Source: Octopus sinensis (Eukaryota). From it: a stretch of 64,000 nt of DNA. Positions 26,499 through 39,005 of the stretch are shown one piece after another (the first letter of the stretch is position 1; each line of letters starts with the position of its first letter). Location: contig NC_043001.1 of NCBI RefSeq assembly GCF_006345805.1, positions 7,936,001-8,000,000 of the forward strand, read 5' to 3'. The notes under the pieces were generated by a model. That model did not search any database. It saw only the letters and a program-made list of their open reading frames with translations, and was not told the origin of the DNA. The translations under genes and the position numbers were made by a program.

Positions 26499-27911
26499 AT
26501 AATGGGAACTGTTACTAACCATGCTCTGTCCATTAGACCTTACAACTTTTACCCGTGACTGTAAAGCACCCTTCTGACTCCTCTCCTCTAATCATATTTT
26601 CTCAGATCTGACCTATTATTTCAAATAAACATCGCAGCCAACCCCTAACGATATTTTGTCTGCTTTTCTTTCATTTAGAATGACCGACAAACCAGCATCC
26701 AAATCTGTGATTTCTACCGTTTATCGTTTAGTTAAGAATTATTATTTTTATATCTGTGTATGTCTTTTCAATCTTTATCTATACTACTTAGAAAAAGAAA
26801 TTTTGTCAAACATGCATACATAATTCTGTATATCTATCTCATATCCATGACATAGAGGGCCATGTAAAAATAGCAAGAATGTCTTGTGAAGTTTTTAAAT
26901 CTATCTTCTATTCTAATATATATTTAGAATGTTAAGTTTTCTGGTTTAACTAAGGGGATTTCAATGAAATAGTTTTAGTTCTGAATTGAAATCTCAAATT
27001 TGCTGATTTCATTGTTTTGCGATTGCATGTATTGATTAAATTCTTAAAAGTATCATTTTTTCTCTCAAATCTGTAAACAAATTCAGATATATATTTTTTA
27101 TATAATACACATATTATTCAATTTTTTGATGTTTTTATTTGGTGGATCATATTGATTTCTGATTTTGATTTCTTTACTCTCATCCAGTGGAGAGCCAAGC
27201 CATGCCACTTTTTTTCACCTATTACATTGATGCTTTCCTTGCTGATCGTTTCATAGACAATTTCAGTAACATCTTTTCCCAATGAGAACAGACTGTTAGC
27301 TATTCATTTAACTGTTCCTCTGTTTGTAAGAGAGTCGGTGTTTTAATTGGACTTTAACGGTAGAACGCATCCAATTTTGAAACAGAAGCAGAATATGTAG
27401 AGCGATAAAGTGAGATACGATTAATGGATTCGATTATTTGACCGGCAATTTATCGTAATTGACTGCATGAAATATAAAGTTGAGTTCTATGAAATTCGAA
27501 GAAATAAGAATAATGCAAGGCATTCTAACAACTCTTCCAAATACGTGCTTTCCTAATCATAATATTAAATAACCTGATCATTAGAGCTGCAGGAAATAAC
27601 AGACATGTTTCTTTCTCATATCACGTTCTAGATGATAACTCTAGCGGCGTTGAAATATATATACGGAGTGGGCAATATCTTCAATGAATGTTGGGGTTGT
27701 CATAGCTGGAAAGCCTATAATGGTTAGTCTGCTATATGAAACACGAAGCGGAGCTAAACATCCAAAGTATTGCAACAGCAGCCACAATAGCTTACATAAA
27801 CCAAGGATTCACTAATATATGATATTGATAAACGTATAATGTTGAACAGGAATCGTTGCAGAATGAAAGAGTGATTAGAAGTCATAAATTTGTTATATAT
27901 ATATATATATA

Positions 27912-28092
27912 TGCTAGCAACCCATGCTAGCATGGGTTGGACGATTTTGACTGATGACTGGCGAGCCAGATGACTGCACCAGGCCCCAATCTTGATCTGG
28001 CAGAATGTCTACAGCTGGATGCCCTTCCTAACGCCAACCACTCCGAGAGTGTAGTGGGTGCTTTTTACTTGCCACCAGCACGGATGCCAGTC
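27912..28092 (+). mobile_element. 5'-truncated retroelement 3' tail (RTE-like LINE/SINE)
   Basis: ggatgcccttcctaacgccaaccac...gggtgctttttacttgccaccagcacgg resembles RTE-type 3' UTRs (recalled, unverified); 22-bp palindrome at the 5' junction. Confidence 0.6.
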
Positions 28093-28118
28093 ATCGAATT
28101 CGTTTTGATTTCGATTAT

Positions 28119-28162
<44 letters not shown>

Positions 28163-30046
28163 TCATCATATCTCTAAACTCACTTTGTAAGAACTCATGA
28201 TAATTCTATGTTGTCTTCTTTAGGATTCTGGAGTGATTTTTAAAAATTATATATTTCTATACCTAGATTAATTTTCCCTCGGGTTGATATGGCACTTCAT
28301 TCCCTGCTGAATGCTACTTCAAACTTCCAAGATTTTCTTCAAATGAAATGCTTCTTTTTAATCTTTTCTTTCGTGTTCGATATTATTCAAAATTTGAGTG
28401 CATCCTACATTCGTTTGTAGTTTTTGTTTAATTATGAATTTTGTCATAATAAGAATTTTTTTTTCAATTTGTAGTTCATTTATTGATTACATTGAAGTTG
28501 TGTTTGATTTTTGTTATTGTGAAATTCATGTCTTTCTTCTATTACACTATTTTCTGTTTTGAATCTATTACAAGTTCAATCGATGTGAATAACCAATTTA
28601 TTCATGTGTCTGAAGCTCGAATATCAATAATATGGTCGCAGTCTTTCTACTGATTTCTCCTATAGAAAAAAGATAACTTCGTAGCAATTTAACTAATGCT
28701 AAAAACAAGATTGAAAACATCACTCACCTATTCCATATTATATTCATCTGTATGTTAAAACTGTAAGTATTCAGGATGCTAATTTTCCAAGTTCTTTATA
28801 ATTTAGGTACAAACAGTACTTAAATTACAGGCAAAACATAAATAATATAGGTCTGAATATTACCTTACATCTTTGTTAACATTCTTCCTGAACCGCTACT
28901 CCTACCTGGATTCATGCATATATGCACTTTTATGAAGAGTACTTTTTAAAACAGTCCATGGTAATATTTGCTCCAAAGGTAACCAATTTCACGTTTAAGC
29001 AGATTGCGTGGAGTTTTGGGTAACCTAGTCATAGCTAAAATCTCACACGTGTGTTTGCACGAACATATTATTGCGCTACCCTCAACATCGGCGATTCCTC
29101 TTTTCACTTCTATACAGAATTTGTACATATGCGTAGCAACACATTATGTCTCATAACTGGATTTAATAGAATACCGTCTGTGGCAGCATTTCTTTTTACA
29201 TCTTCCTTATCCCTTATATTTTACAATCCTGAATTTCGAAGTCTTGACTATTTATCACGACCATGATTATTATCTCATTTGAGAAGACTACAGTAAATTA
29301 TCAAACAATATATTTCTTTTATTTCTTTAATTTGGTAATATTCTGATGATGTTTTCATATGCCGAGCATTTAATATATTATTAAAGGTGTCTTTGTCAAT
29401 AGTTAACATGCATCGTGACTGTATTTTTGTTCTGTTGTGCATCTTGAGAGTATTTTCGTTGTGTTGTATAGTCAATTGCAATTTCTATTGAGAATTTTGC
29501 ACAACACTAAATTATTTAATTTAAAGGAGATAGTAATAACAAATAGATATTCTTTTCAGCTTGGAAATGCGCTGAACATCTCCGCATAGCAGCCAATCAA
29601 ATACAATTTTAGAGAGCAATCAAATTCAATGTTTAAAATATGCCTCAAGAAAATTTAATTAACGATATTGTGATGTTTCGAAAATGTAAGGTGAGTTAAT
29701 TTAAATTAACATCAATAGGTTATTTACGATGAATATATGGAAATATTTTGTTAATATTACAAGTCTTCAATGTTGGATTCTTTAATTAGTGGAGCATTTG
29801 TTTTATATACACAAATAATGTAACAGGAAATATGCTAAAAAAATAGTTTTGCATAACCCTTCCTATTGTCGTAGTTCAGAACATATGGTAATTCATGCCA
29901 AGGCAGGTCGTCAAAGAGATGATTCTACGATTTGTATGTGTTAATTATTAGTGGTAATATCAACTGTTTCCAAGAGCCAAATGCACTTTTGTACATCTTT
30001 GTTATCCTACATCAATTTAAAAAAAATATATTTATATATTTTGTCA

Positions 30047-30675
30047 TTTACTTGTTTCAGTCATTTGACCAAAGACATGCTGGAGCAACGCCTTGGGAAA
30101 CTTTAGTCGAATGAATTGATCCCAGTACATTTTCAGCCAAACCGTTGCGTTATAGAGACGTAAACATACCAACACTGGTTACCAATCAATTGTGAAAAAT
30201 AAACACAAAAAACAGACACACATGCGTGCATACACACGCACATACATACATACGCATATACACATATATACGCAGTTTCCGCCTACCTCATCCAGTGACT
30301 AGGCATTGGTCGGTCCAAGGCTATACTAGAAATCACTATACTAGAAAGGCGGCGAGCTGGCAGAAACGTTAGCACGCCGGGCGAAATGCGAAGCCGTATT
30401 TCGTCTGCCGTTACGTTCTGAGTTCAAATTCCGCCGAGGTCGACTTTTCCTTTCATCCTTTCAGGGTCGATAAATTAAGTACCAGTTACGCACTGGGGTC
30501 GATGGAATCCACTTAATCCCTTTGTCTGTCCTTGTTTGTCCCCTCTGTGTTTAGCCTCTTGTGGGTAGTAAAGAAATATACTAGAAATCACTCTCCCAAG
30601 ACGCCACGCAGTGAAACTGAACTAAAATAAAAACTATGGAAGCAAATTAATTCCAACACTGCCATTCATGTGCCT
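30047..30675 (-). mobile_element. SINE family B interrupted by a family C SINE
   Basis: Family B minus-strand sequence resumes after 30577. Confidence 0.8.
30348..30577 (+). mobile_element. SINE family C (Deu/Nin-like central domain), nested insertion
   Basis: ggcggcgagctggcagaaacg...gagttcaaattcc...gtcgacttttcctttcatcctttcagggtcgataaattaagtacc; target atactagaaatcact duplicated at 30323-37 and 30578-92. Confidence 0.9.
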
Positions 30676-32093
30676 ACACACTTACCCAGTATATTTACCG
30701 TTTAAGTTGAAATCTTCATGGTTGCCGCAGAATTTATTTCTAAATAATTGTTATAAATCATCGTTATATTCAGAGTCAATATATTTCAGCCGGTGCTATA
30801 CTAAGCTGGATATTCAAGTTCGTGGGAAGACTAACACTGGTGGATGTTAATATTGTTATATGTGACATTTAGCAATTCGAATAGTAAAACTATATGTCAA
30901 CTGCAGACAGCGCTATATCATCATATTTGCCAGAAAACAAACTAACCTTACTGTGTGAATAGCAATTATATCACCTATTGCATCTAACAATTGTGTTTTC
31001 TCTTCCATTTGAATACATTTTCTGAACAATAAAATTATATTCAATATACTTATTTAATGCAACGTTTTCACACATTTTAATAGAAATGTAAATTTTATAC
31101 AAATATATCCCTGTCTTACCTTGGGGCTGCATTCGTTGTGTAACCCATTGTAAATAGGAAAGTGAAATTCCATCAGAGTGTTTTTAGCGCAAAATTATAG
31201 TTCGGTTGCGTCTTTAATCGTTTTTATATGTTTCTTTTTCTCATTGAGGAAGCAAGTCACGATTTATTTTTAAATATTTAAACGTTTCCGAAGCTGTCGC
31301 TATACTAAAGTTTGCTTTAGAGAAAAAAAAGGAACACCTCTATATCTGTTAATGATTATTTGACTACCACTCTTTCTAGCGAATGAGCGTGTAGGTTGTC
31401 TCTCTGTTTACTAGAAATAGCTGCTCATTTTGCTTGATTTATAGGTTAATGCTTCGACAAAGGGAATGTTGTTGAATATATCCGACTACATTAAAGCCGT
31501 GTATAAAGATGTACTGCAAAAGTGTAGATGTTATAAATGGGGGCAACGTAATGTCTGTTGACATAAACAATACACGACGTAGTTTGAATTTTAATGCATG
31601 AATAACTCATGGACAATTCAAATTTATTTAAATTTAACATCATCGGAATTCTATGGTTACCTGTGTGAACACTAAGCCATTACAGTTTATACATAGTATA
31701 CGTAGATACTATGTTAATGTGTAATGCATATGATTAAATTTTAGGACGATTTCAAGATTTCGTTATTCAAATCTAGCTTGCAGCTTATGCGTAGATTTGC
31801 GCATATGCTATATAGTTACTAAGTCAAGTGTCTCTTAAGGCTTAGAAGCGATAATTACAGAAATTACTATTATATGCAAGCACACAAACTCACGCACACT
31901 CGTGTCTATACACAAGCAAACATAAGTATGTATCTCTCTCTCCCTGTCTGTCTATCAATGTATCTATCTAATTATCCATCTCTATCTATCTAACTACACG
32001 CACACACACACACACACACATACACATATATAGTTCTGTATTTAAGAGATGAGGAATTGACGGATATTTGTCAATTGTAAATATTTGCCTATG

Positions 32094-32379
32094 GGCTTTT
32101 GGCATAGTGGTTAAGAGCGCGGGCTACTAACCCAAAGATTCCGAGTTCGATTCCAGGAAGTGACCTGTATAATAATAATATAATAATAATAATAATAATA
32201 ATAATATTAATACTGATAATAATAATAACAACAACATCAAAAAATCCTGAGGAATGAGAACACAGGTTCAAAATTTCCCCAAGACACCTGATGAAGGCTG
32301 GAGGGTATATCAGTGGAACGTTATGTTAACTACAAACAAGAAGAGGACAAATATCCCGCAGTTGTAAATGACGTAAATA

Positions 32380-32385
<6 letters not shown>
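32094..32385 (+). mobile_element. tRNA-headed SINE with (AAT)n spacer and hammerhead-like 3' tail
   Basis: A-box TGGCATAGTGG (32100-10), B-box GAGTTCGATTCC (32143-54), 7-nt anticodon-like loop CTACTAA, then (AAT)n, then GACAC-CTGATGA-AGGCTG...CAG. Confidence 0.8.
32283..32327 (+). ncRNA. Degenerate minimal hammerhead-like motif in SINE tail
   Basis: GACAC-CUGAUGA-AGGCUG(GAGGGUAUAU)CAGUG-GAA-CG-UU-AUGUU. The 5' core is intact; GAAA and stems I/II are damaged in this copy. Confidence 0.45.
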
Positions 32386-32444
<59 letters not shown>

Positions 32445-32532
32445 TATATAATATATATATATATACACATAAATATATATATATACATACATATACATAT
32501 ATACATATATATATGTATATATATATATATAT

Positions 32533-33455
32533 GATTGATTCTAGTTTCAGCTCACGAGCTGTGGCCATGATGGGGCATCGCCATTTGGTGTTGCTACATG
32601 GTTTTACTTCACGAATGCTTTTTAGCAACTGCCATTTGGTGCATGAGAGAGTTCGATGCAGCTGCCCTCATCTGTACCTCCTGCCGTGAAGGTGGTTCAT
32701 CTGGGATACCTGACAAGAAGAGATCCAGTTTCGTTTTAAAGACATCTGCATCCACCCCTTGTAGGTCTCTTAGGTTCTTCGGGAGGATATTGAAGAGCTG
32801 TGGGCCTTGGAAGCCCAGGCTATCACAGTATCTTGTCCTACATCTTGATGGCAAATTTGGAGCATTTGGCACCACGCAGTGGCGCCCAATTCTGACATTT
32901 GTGTAACTCTCGATGCCAAAGTTTGGGACAAGTCCTTCTAGGATCTTCCAGATGTATATTATGGCATATCTTTCTCGCCTGCGCTCCAAGGAATAGAGTT
33001 TTAATCTCTTGAGTCTTTCCCAGTAGCTTATATTCTGCACAGAGGCTATCTTCTTCGTGTAGCTACGTTGGATCGCGTCAAGTTCTGTGATCAACTTGAC
33101 ACTGGATGGTGACCATAGCTGAGAGCAATAGTCAAAGTGGCTTAGGACAAGTGTCTTCCAGAGGACCATCATGGTTTCTTATTCTCTTGTTCTAAAGGTT
33201 CTAAGAATCCATCCGGCCAGTCGTCTACATTTCATTGCCAATTTAGCAACATGTACACGAAAGGTTGCGTCATCACTCATGTAAATACCCAGGTCACGCA
33301 CTGATTGTGCCTCTGGGATTGCAATTCCTCCGGGTCCAGTGTATTCATTGGGTATTGCATTTAGTTTTGCATGCTGATAGCATAAAGCTTGAAACTTTTC
33401 AGCATTGAACTGCATGCTATTCTTTTCAGCCCACTTGTATATTTTGTCCAGCTCA
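32533..33455 (-). mobile_element. 5'-truncated CR1/L2-clade LINE (ORF2 C-terminus + 3' UTR)
   Basis: One frame ELDKIYKWAEKNSMQFNAEKFQAL...RTFRTRE*ETMMVLWKTLVLSHFDYCSQLWSP...YWERLKRLKLYSLERRRERY...; a single in-frame TAA at 33181-33179 joins the two track ORFs; flanked by (TA)n. Confidence 0.93.
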
Positions 33456-33472
33456 TATATATATATATATAT

Positions 33473-33636
33473 AGCGAGAGTTTACTAAAAAACAAAACAC
33501 GAAGACAGGTGGTGTACAAAACAGACATATGTATTAGTATAACGCTCAGGAATAGAAAAATTATTTTACGTTTCGAGCCTACGCTCATCTACAAAAAGGG
33601 ACACAGAATAAAACAGGAGAGAAAGGAGAGAAAAAT
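33473..33636 (-). mobile_element. Short (TA)n-flanked Penelope-like repeat (family P4)
   Basis: Homologous to 13670-13870. Confidence 0.7.
33564..33597 (-). ncRNA. Degenerate minimal hammerhead-like motif (family P4)
   Basis: UUU-UUGUAGA-U-GAGC(GUAG)GCUC-GAAA-CG-UA-AAA; shares A6U with 13760 and also has C3U. Confidence 0.5.
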
Positions 33637-33692
33637 ATATACATATACGTATGTATATACATATATATATATATAACATATATTTATATATA

Positions 33693-33737
<45 letters not shown>

Positions 33738-33738
33738 G

Positions 33739-33769
<31 letters not shown>

Positions 33770-33775
33770 CATATG

Positions 33776-33815
<40 letters not shown>

Positions 33816-33822
33816 GTATATA

Positions 33823-33929
<107 letters not shown>

Positions 33930-34339
33930 TCTGGAGAGGGTCATGCTGCGTTAGTATTTAAGACATTCATCAGTTCAATTCCTTCTCATTTTTAAAATTT
34001 ATATTTCTGTCTTTCATTCTCTTGCTACTGTTCATTCTCTCCGTTATCGGGGATGCCTTCCTTTTGTCTACTTCACATGTTGCGTGACTCTGCGCATTTG
34101 TGCTTTTGTATGCAATGTATGCATGCACATATTTAGGTATATATGTTTACATGCGTGTATGTACTATGTATGTATGTATGTATGTATGTATGTTTTTTGC
34201 ATACGCATGTATTCTTGTGTGTGCGTGCTTCTGTATTTGTGAATGTGTGTACCTCTGCATCTTTGCGTGAGCGTGATTCAATGTGTCTATGTATATGAGT
34301 TTGTGCGATTATGTATGTGCATGTGTACATATTGTCATC

Positions 34340-34675
34340 TGTTTCATTCCATAAGTTCTGGGGTCGAACAAACCGACCCCAGTACTTATTCTCTGTAAGC
34401 CTAGTAATTATTCTACTGTTCTTCAGACGAACTTCAGTTACGGCGACATAAACACAGCAACATCGGTTGTCAAGCGATTGGGGTGAGACAAACACAAACA
34501 CACATACATATATACATATATATGACGGGCTTCTTTCAGTTTCCGTCAACCAAATCCACTCACCGAGTTTAGTCAGCCCGAGGCTATAGTAGAAGAAAAT
34601 TCCCAAGGAACTGTACTGTCACTGTACACGGAACCATATGGTTGTGAAGCAAGCGTCTTCCACACAGACATATTT
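34340..34675 (-). mobile_element. SINE family B (older, diverged copy)
   Basis: rc homology to 34741-35192. Confidence 0.8.
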
Positions 34676-34740
34676 ACACGAACACGCTAAATCAAATTTA
34701 AGACACACTCGCACGGAAATAAATATAAACAAAAGAAATA

Positions 34741-34908
34741 GGCGCAGGAGTGGCTGTGTGGTAAGTAGCTTGCTTACCAACCACATGGTTCCGGGTTCAG
34801 TCCCACTGCGTGGCATCTTGGGCAAGTGTCTTCTGCTATAGCCCCGGGCCGACCAATGCCTTGTGAGTGGATTTGGTAGACGGAAACTGAAAGAAACCTG
34901 TCGTTTTA

Positions 34909-34944
<36 letters not shown>

Positions 34945-35192
34945 TTCTGTTTTAATATATATATATATGTGTGTGTGTGTGTGTTTGTGTGTCTGTGCTT
35001 GTCCCCCTAGCATTGTTTGACAACCGATGTTGGTGTGTTTACGTCCCCGTCACCTAGCGGTTCGGCAAAAGAGACCGATAGAATAAGTACTTGGCTTACA
35101 AAAAATAAGTCCTGATTTGCTCGACTAAAGGCGGTGTTCCAGCATGGCCACAGTCAAATGACTGAAACAAGTAAGAGAGAGAGAGTAAAGAG
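34741..35192 (+). mobile_element. SINE family B, full length
   Basis: ggcgcaggagtggctgtgtggtaag, B-box GGGTTCAGTCCC, CORE-like cttgggcaagtgtctt, internal (TA)/(TG) tract duplicated, AG-rich tail. Confidence 0.93.
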
Positions 35193-35506
35193 AATATACA
35201 TATTTAACGGTTTTTTTCAAAATAACAGCATGGACACGCACACACAATACATACACGAATATAAAAATGTTATTCTGTTAATGGTCACCCGATCAATTAT
35301 GATGTAATTTCTTCTGTTTTAATTCTGATCCTGATGAAGTATTTAAATTGCAATTTTGAAAATTAAATTTTAATTTATTAAATTCGTTATAGAGTAAGTT
35401 GAATATGGAAACAATTGTAGGTAGCAGACAATTTTAATAAGGTGTTAATAAATTGATGTTTATCGGATAAATCTTTCCTTTTTCTTAGTATTGAATACTA
35501 TATTCG

Positions 35507-35566
<60 letters not shown>

Positions 35567-35756
35567 ATATCAACAATTGAGGGTAAATTAATTAATTAAT
35601 CAAATGTATTTACCTCCAAACCTTCGTGAGCTGTCTGGAGTAAACGTTATCTGAGAGAAATTTTCTTTTAAGTAGTAGAAATGGCTAAAAAAATTTTTTG
35701 GGCTGCTATTTCTACTAAGTTCAGTATGTGGCAAAGTAATTTATTTTACTAAGCCC

Positions 35757-35795
<39 letters not shown>

Positions 35796-36289
35796 TATAT
35801 ATGTTTGTGTGTGTGTTTATGTGAGTATATGTGTGCGAATGCGCGTGCGTGTATGTGCATATCTATTTATACGTATATATATATATATACATATTAGAGT
35901 GAAGCCACTATGTGGACACCCTTATGCTAGAAATAGATCCGCTATGGTCTTACCACCAAGAAATGTTCTCAAGAAAAAATTAGCAAAGCAATCAAAGCGT
36001 AATCGAGCAAGACAAAAGAAAAAAACAATAAAAATATGGATTATTCGCAGACGTGTTTCACTATTAACATATTACGTAAGTTTACTTACATAAATGTCCG
36101 TAGATCACCGGTGCGACCGTCCAGATTTATATAATCTGTAGGACTGCATACTAGGACGTCCGCACAGAGTCAGACTTGTAAACAGTTCCGACCATATATA
36201 TATATATATATATATATGTTAATAAAATAGAACATATGCATATATATAAACATATATGTACGTACCTACCTCTACATGTACATATACAC

Positions 36290-36570
36290 GCATATATGTG
36301 TACAGGACACCAAAAAGACGTCGAACACATAGAGAGACGAAAAACATAGACACAAACCAAGGAACAAGACAAGCAAAAAAAAAGGGATACAGGACAATAA
36401 GCACAACGAAAAAACCCCCTTCTTCAGTCGCTAAGGTTTCATCTACTAAACGTTTCGAAGGATAAAAGCGAGACGTATACTTCGAAGAAAACTTCCTTCC
36501 TGCGAAAAGCAAATCAATTAAAATTCTGAGATCTTTTCGCAGAGGGGTAAAAAAAGCAAGACGGTAACGA
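36290..36570 (-). mobile_element. Possible Penelope-like remnant with two degenerate HHR half-motifs
   Basis: Minus strand carries ...GAAGTATA...TATCCTTC-GAAA-CG-TT (36505-36460) and CTGAAGA-AGGGGG...CGTTGTG (36427-36400); A-rich plus strand like the P3/P4 repeats. Confidence 0.35.
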
Positions 36571-36856
36571 CAGTACAAACATATAAACAGTAAAAAATAT
36601 ATATATAAACAGTGGAAAAATAAATATATAACAGTGAGAGACAGGACAAGGAGAACAAGATAAGAAGGGCTGTTAAAGGCAGACGAAAAAAGTATTGCAA
36701 ACGCTGGATTATAGTGGACGACGAGAGAGAAAGAATGTCGACCAGTAGCCTTAGAAGGCGGGCGAGAAAGACAGATAGCAGTACAGTATTACGACGGAAG
36801 TATCATCGCAGATGACGACGGGAATGGGGGAGGAGGAGCAAGAGGAAGAGAGGGAA

Positions 36857-36903
<47 letters not shown>

Positions 36904-36912
36904 GAGATAGGG

Positions 36913-36982
36913 AGAGATAGACAGACAGATAAATAGATAGATAGATAGATAGATAAATAGATATATATAGATAGATAGATAT

Positions 36983-37020
<38 letters not shown>

Positions 37021-37072
37021 TGAATGATTGATAGATAAATAGATAGATAGATAGTTATATAGATAGATAGAC

Positions 37073-37144
<72 letters not shown>

Positions 37145-37166
37145 TGATTGATTGATTGATTGATTG

Positions 37167-37199
<33 letters not shown>

Positions 37200-37203
37200 A
37201 TAG
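36913..37203. repeat. Compound (GATA)n/(GATT)n microsatellite
   Basis: Directly visible; explains the SIYL/QSIN ORFs. Confidence 0.98.
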
Positions 37204-38127
37204 ATATCCTACAAACATTGGCCAATATATATAAATATAACATGGCCGATTTCTTGACAGCAAAGTATATTACCCTTATTAATATTCAGTAGACTTTTAT
37301 TGGGGACTTGAGGTGAGAAATATTTTCGCCAGCAAATAAACTAACGGCGCCGTTTGAAATCTCATCTGAAGTGAAAGTATATAACATCATCAATAAAAAT
37401 ATGCCCATATGTGTGCGTTGTTTTTGTTTGTTTTTTTACAGAGATAGCAAAATGTGAATATATTATTATATATTTAGATAATATATATTATACGTGACTG
37501 ATATAAATAATTCAAAACATAAATATCAAGCTTTTCTCTTGCTAGAAATTTAGCAAATACTCACCAAGTAAACAGGCTTATATTTAGTCTGCACTCATTC
37601 AAATATTGTATCTAAATATCCTGTGTTATGTAGGTTTCACGTGTTAGTTGAAGGCCAGCAATTTCTGGGTGGGGGGTGGAAGTAGGTTCCAGTGTTCAAC
37701 TGGCAATGACAATATTGGACCCGAAAGAATGAATAGCGGCATTTGGGAAAGTAAATGAGGACGAAATGCCACTAAGAATTTCGCATGCTGTGCCCTTATC
37801 TGCGTCTTCTCGACGTACTTATACTCGGTTGCAATAAAGCAACAGTCCGTAGAGTTATTGAACATTTTATTTATCTTTAAGTTGTGATTCCTTTCTCAAG
37901 TTTACTTGTTTCAGTTAATAGTGACGCGTTAATTGGCGTTAGTCAGAGAGACACAATTATTTGCTTTTAATTAAGTTTAGTACTTGCATTACCGGCTATT
38001 TTTGTGGACCGTAATCGAACCACATTGTCTGTCAAGTACTTTTCGGTAACTAAATCAGATATTACTGCACTCACACATGAACTAACACATGCGCATACGG
38101 ACACACATCCATATATAATACGTGCTT

Positions 38128-38351
38128 AAGGCGGCGAGCTGGTAGAAACGTTAGCACGCCGGGCGAAATTCGTAGCCGTATTTCGTCTGTCGTTACGTTC
38201 CGAGTTCAAATTCCGCCGAGGTCGACTTTGCCTTTCATCCTTTCGGGGTCGATAAATTAAGTACCAGTTACGCACTGGAGTCGACTTAATCCCTTTGTCT
38301 GTCCTTGTTTGTCCCCTCTGTGTTTAGCCTCTTGTGTGTAGTAAAGAAATA
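38128..38351 (+). mobile_element. SINE family C with 18-bp TSD
   Basis: TSD catatataatacgtgctt (38110-27) / catatataacacgtgctt (38352-69), one mismatch. Confidence 0.95.
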
Positions 38352-39005
38352 CATATATAACACGTGCTTCCAGACAGTCTCCGCGTGACAATCGTTCACA
38401 ACAATAATTGACCAACCCGTGGCAATAGTGTGAGATATTCGAAGAAGGCATCGTGAATGGTGACCGAACACAAAGCAACATCGTTGCAAACCAAGATTTT
38501 TCCCCATGCCTTCACCTAACTTAATATATCTTAATATATTGTAAATTCTTTAGTGAATTACACGCTAATCTGAGACAACGTAACAAAGCATTATATGTTC
38601 ACAGTATGTGTGATTTGTTTTAGAATAATTACATACGCCATTTAAATAGTATTCGTGATACTACACACAATGAGACATCATGATTTGTATTGTAGCCTAA
38701 TTTTACAATTGTATTCCAGGATATGTGTTTTGATAATATTCTACTTCATAAAATACATTTTGATCAGCAGAATAAATTACCGCCAAACTATTCATACAAT
38801 ACAAAGTCTGTAACTATTTCTCTCTCTTTCAAGCTCTATGTCCGTTCTGGAAGACAAATACATGTGATGCTAATATCTCTTTCTGCATTTTAATTTTCAG
38901 CGTTAGCTAATGTATTACAGAAACATGCTTGAGAAAATGGGATATATTTGCCGAAGAATGCAATAATAGCTATATACATACATACATATATATGTATATA
39001 CATAT

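Noticed and set aside
27950-27975. CTGATGA followed by CTGGC-GA-GCCAG hairpin
   Set aside because: No GAAA after the stem; part of a retroelement tail.
26130-29128. Minus-strand peptides FCSIEIYFTLRADIEGS (~26200) and FCIEVKRGIADVEGS (~29100)
   Set aside because: Short match with no flanking similarity or splice support; within chance expectation.
35331-35370. CTGATGA...GAAA near 35331
   Set aside because: No credible stem I, II or III.
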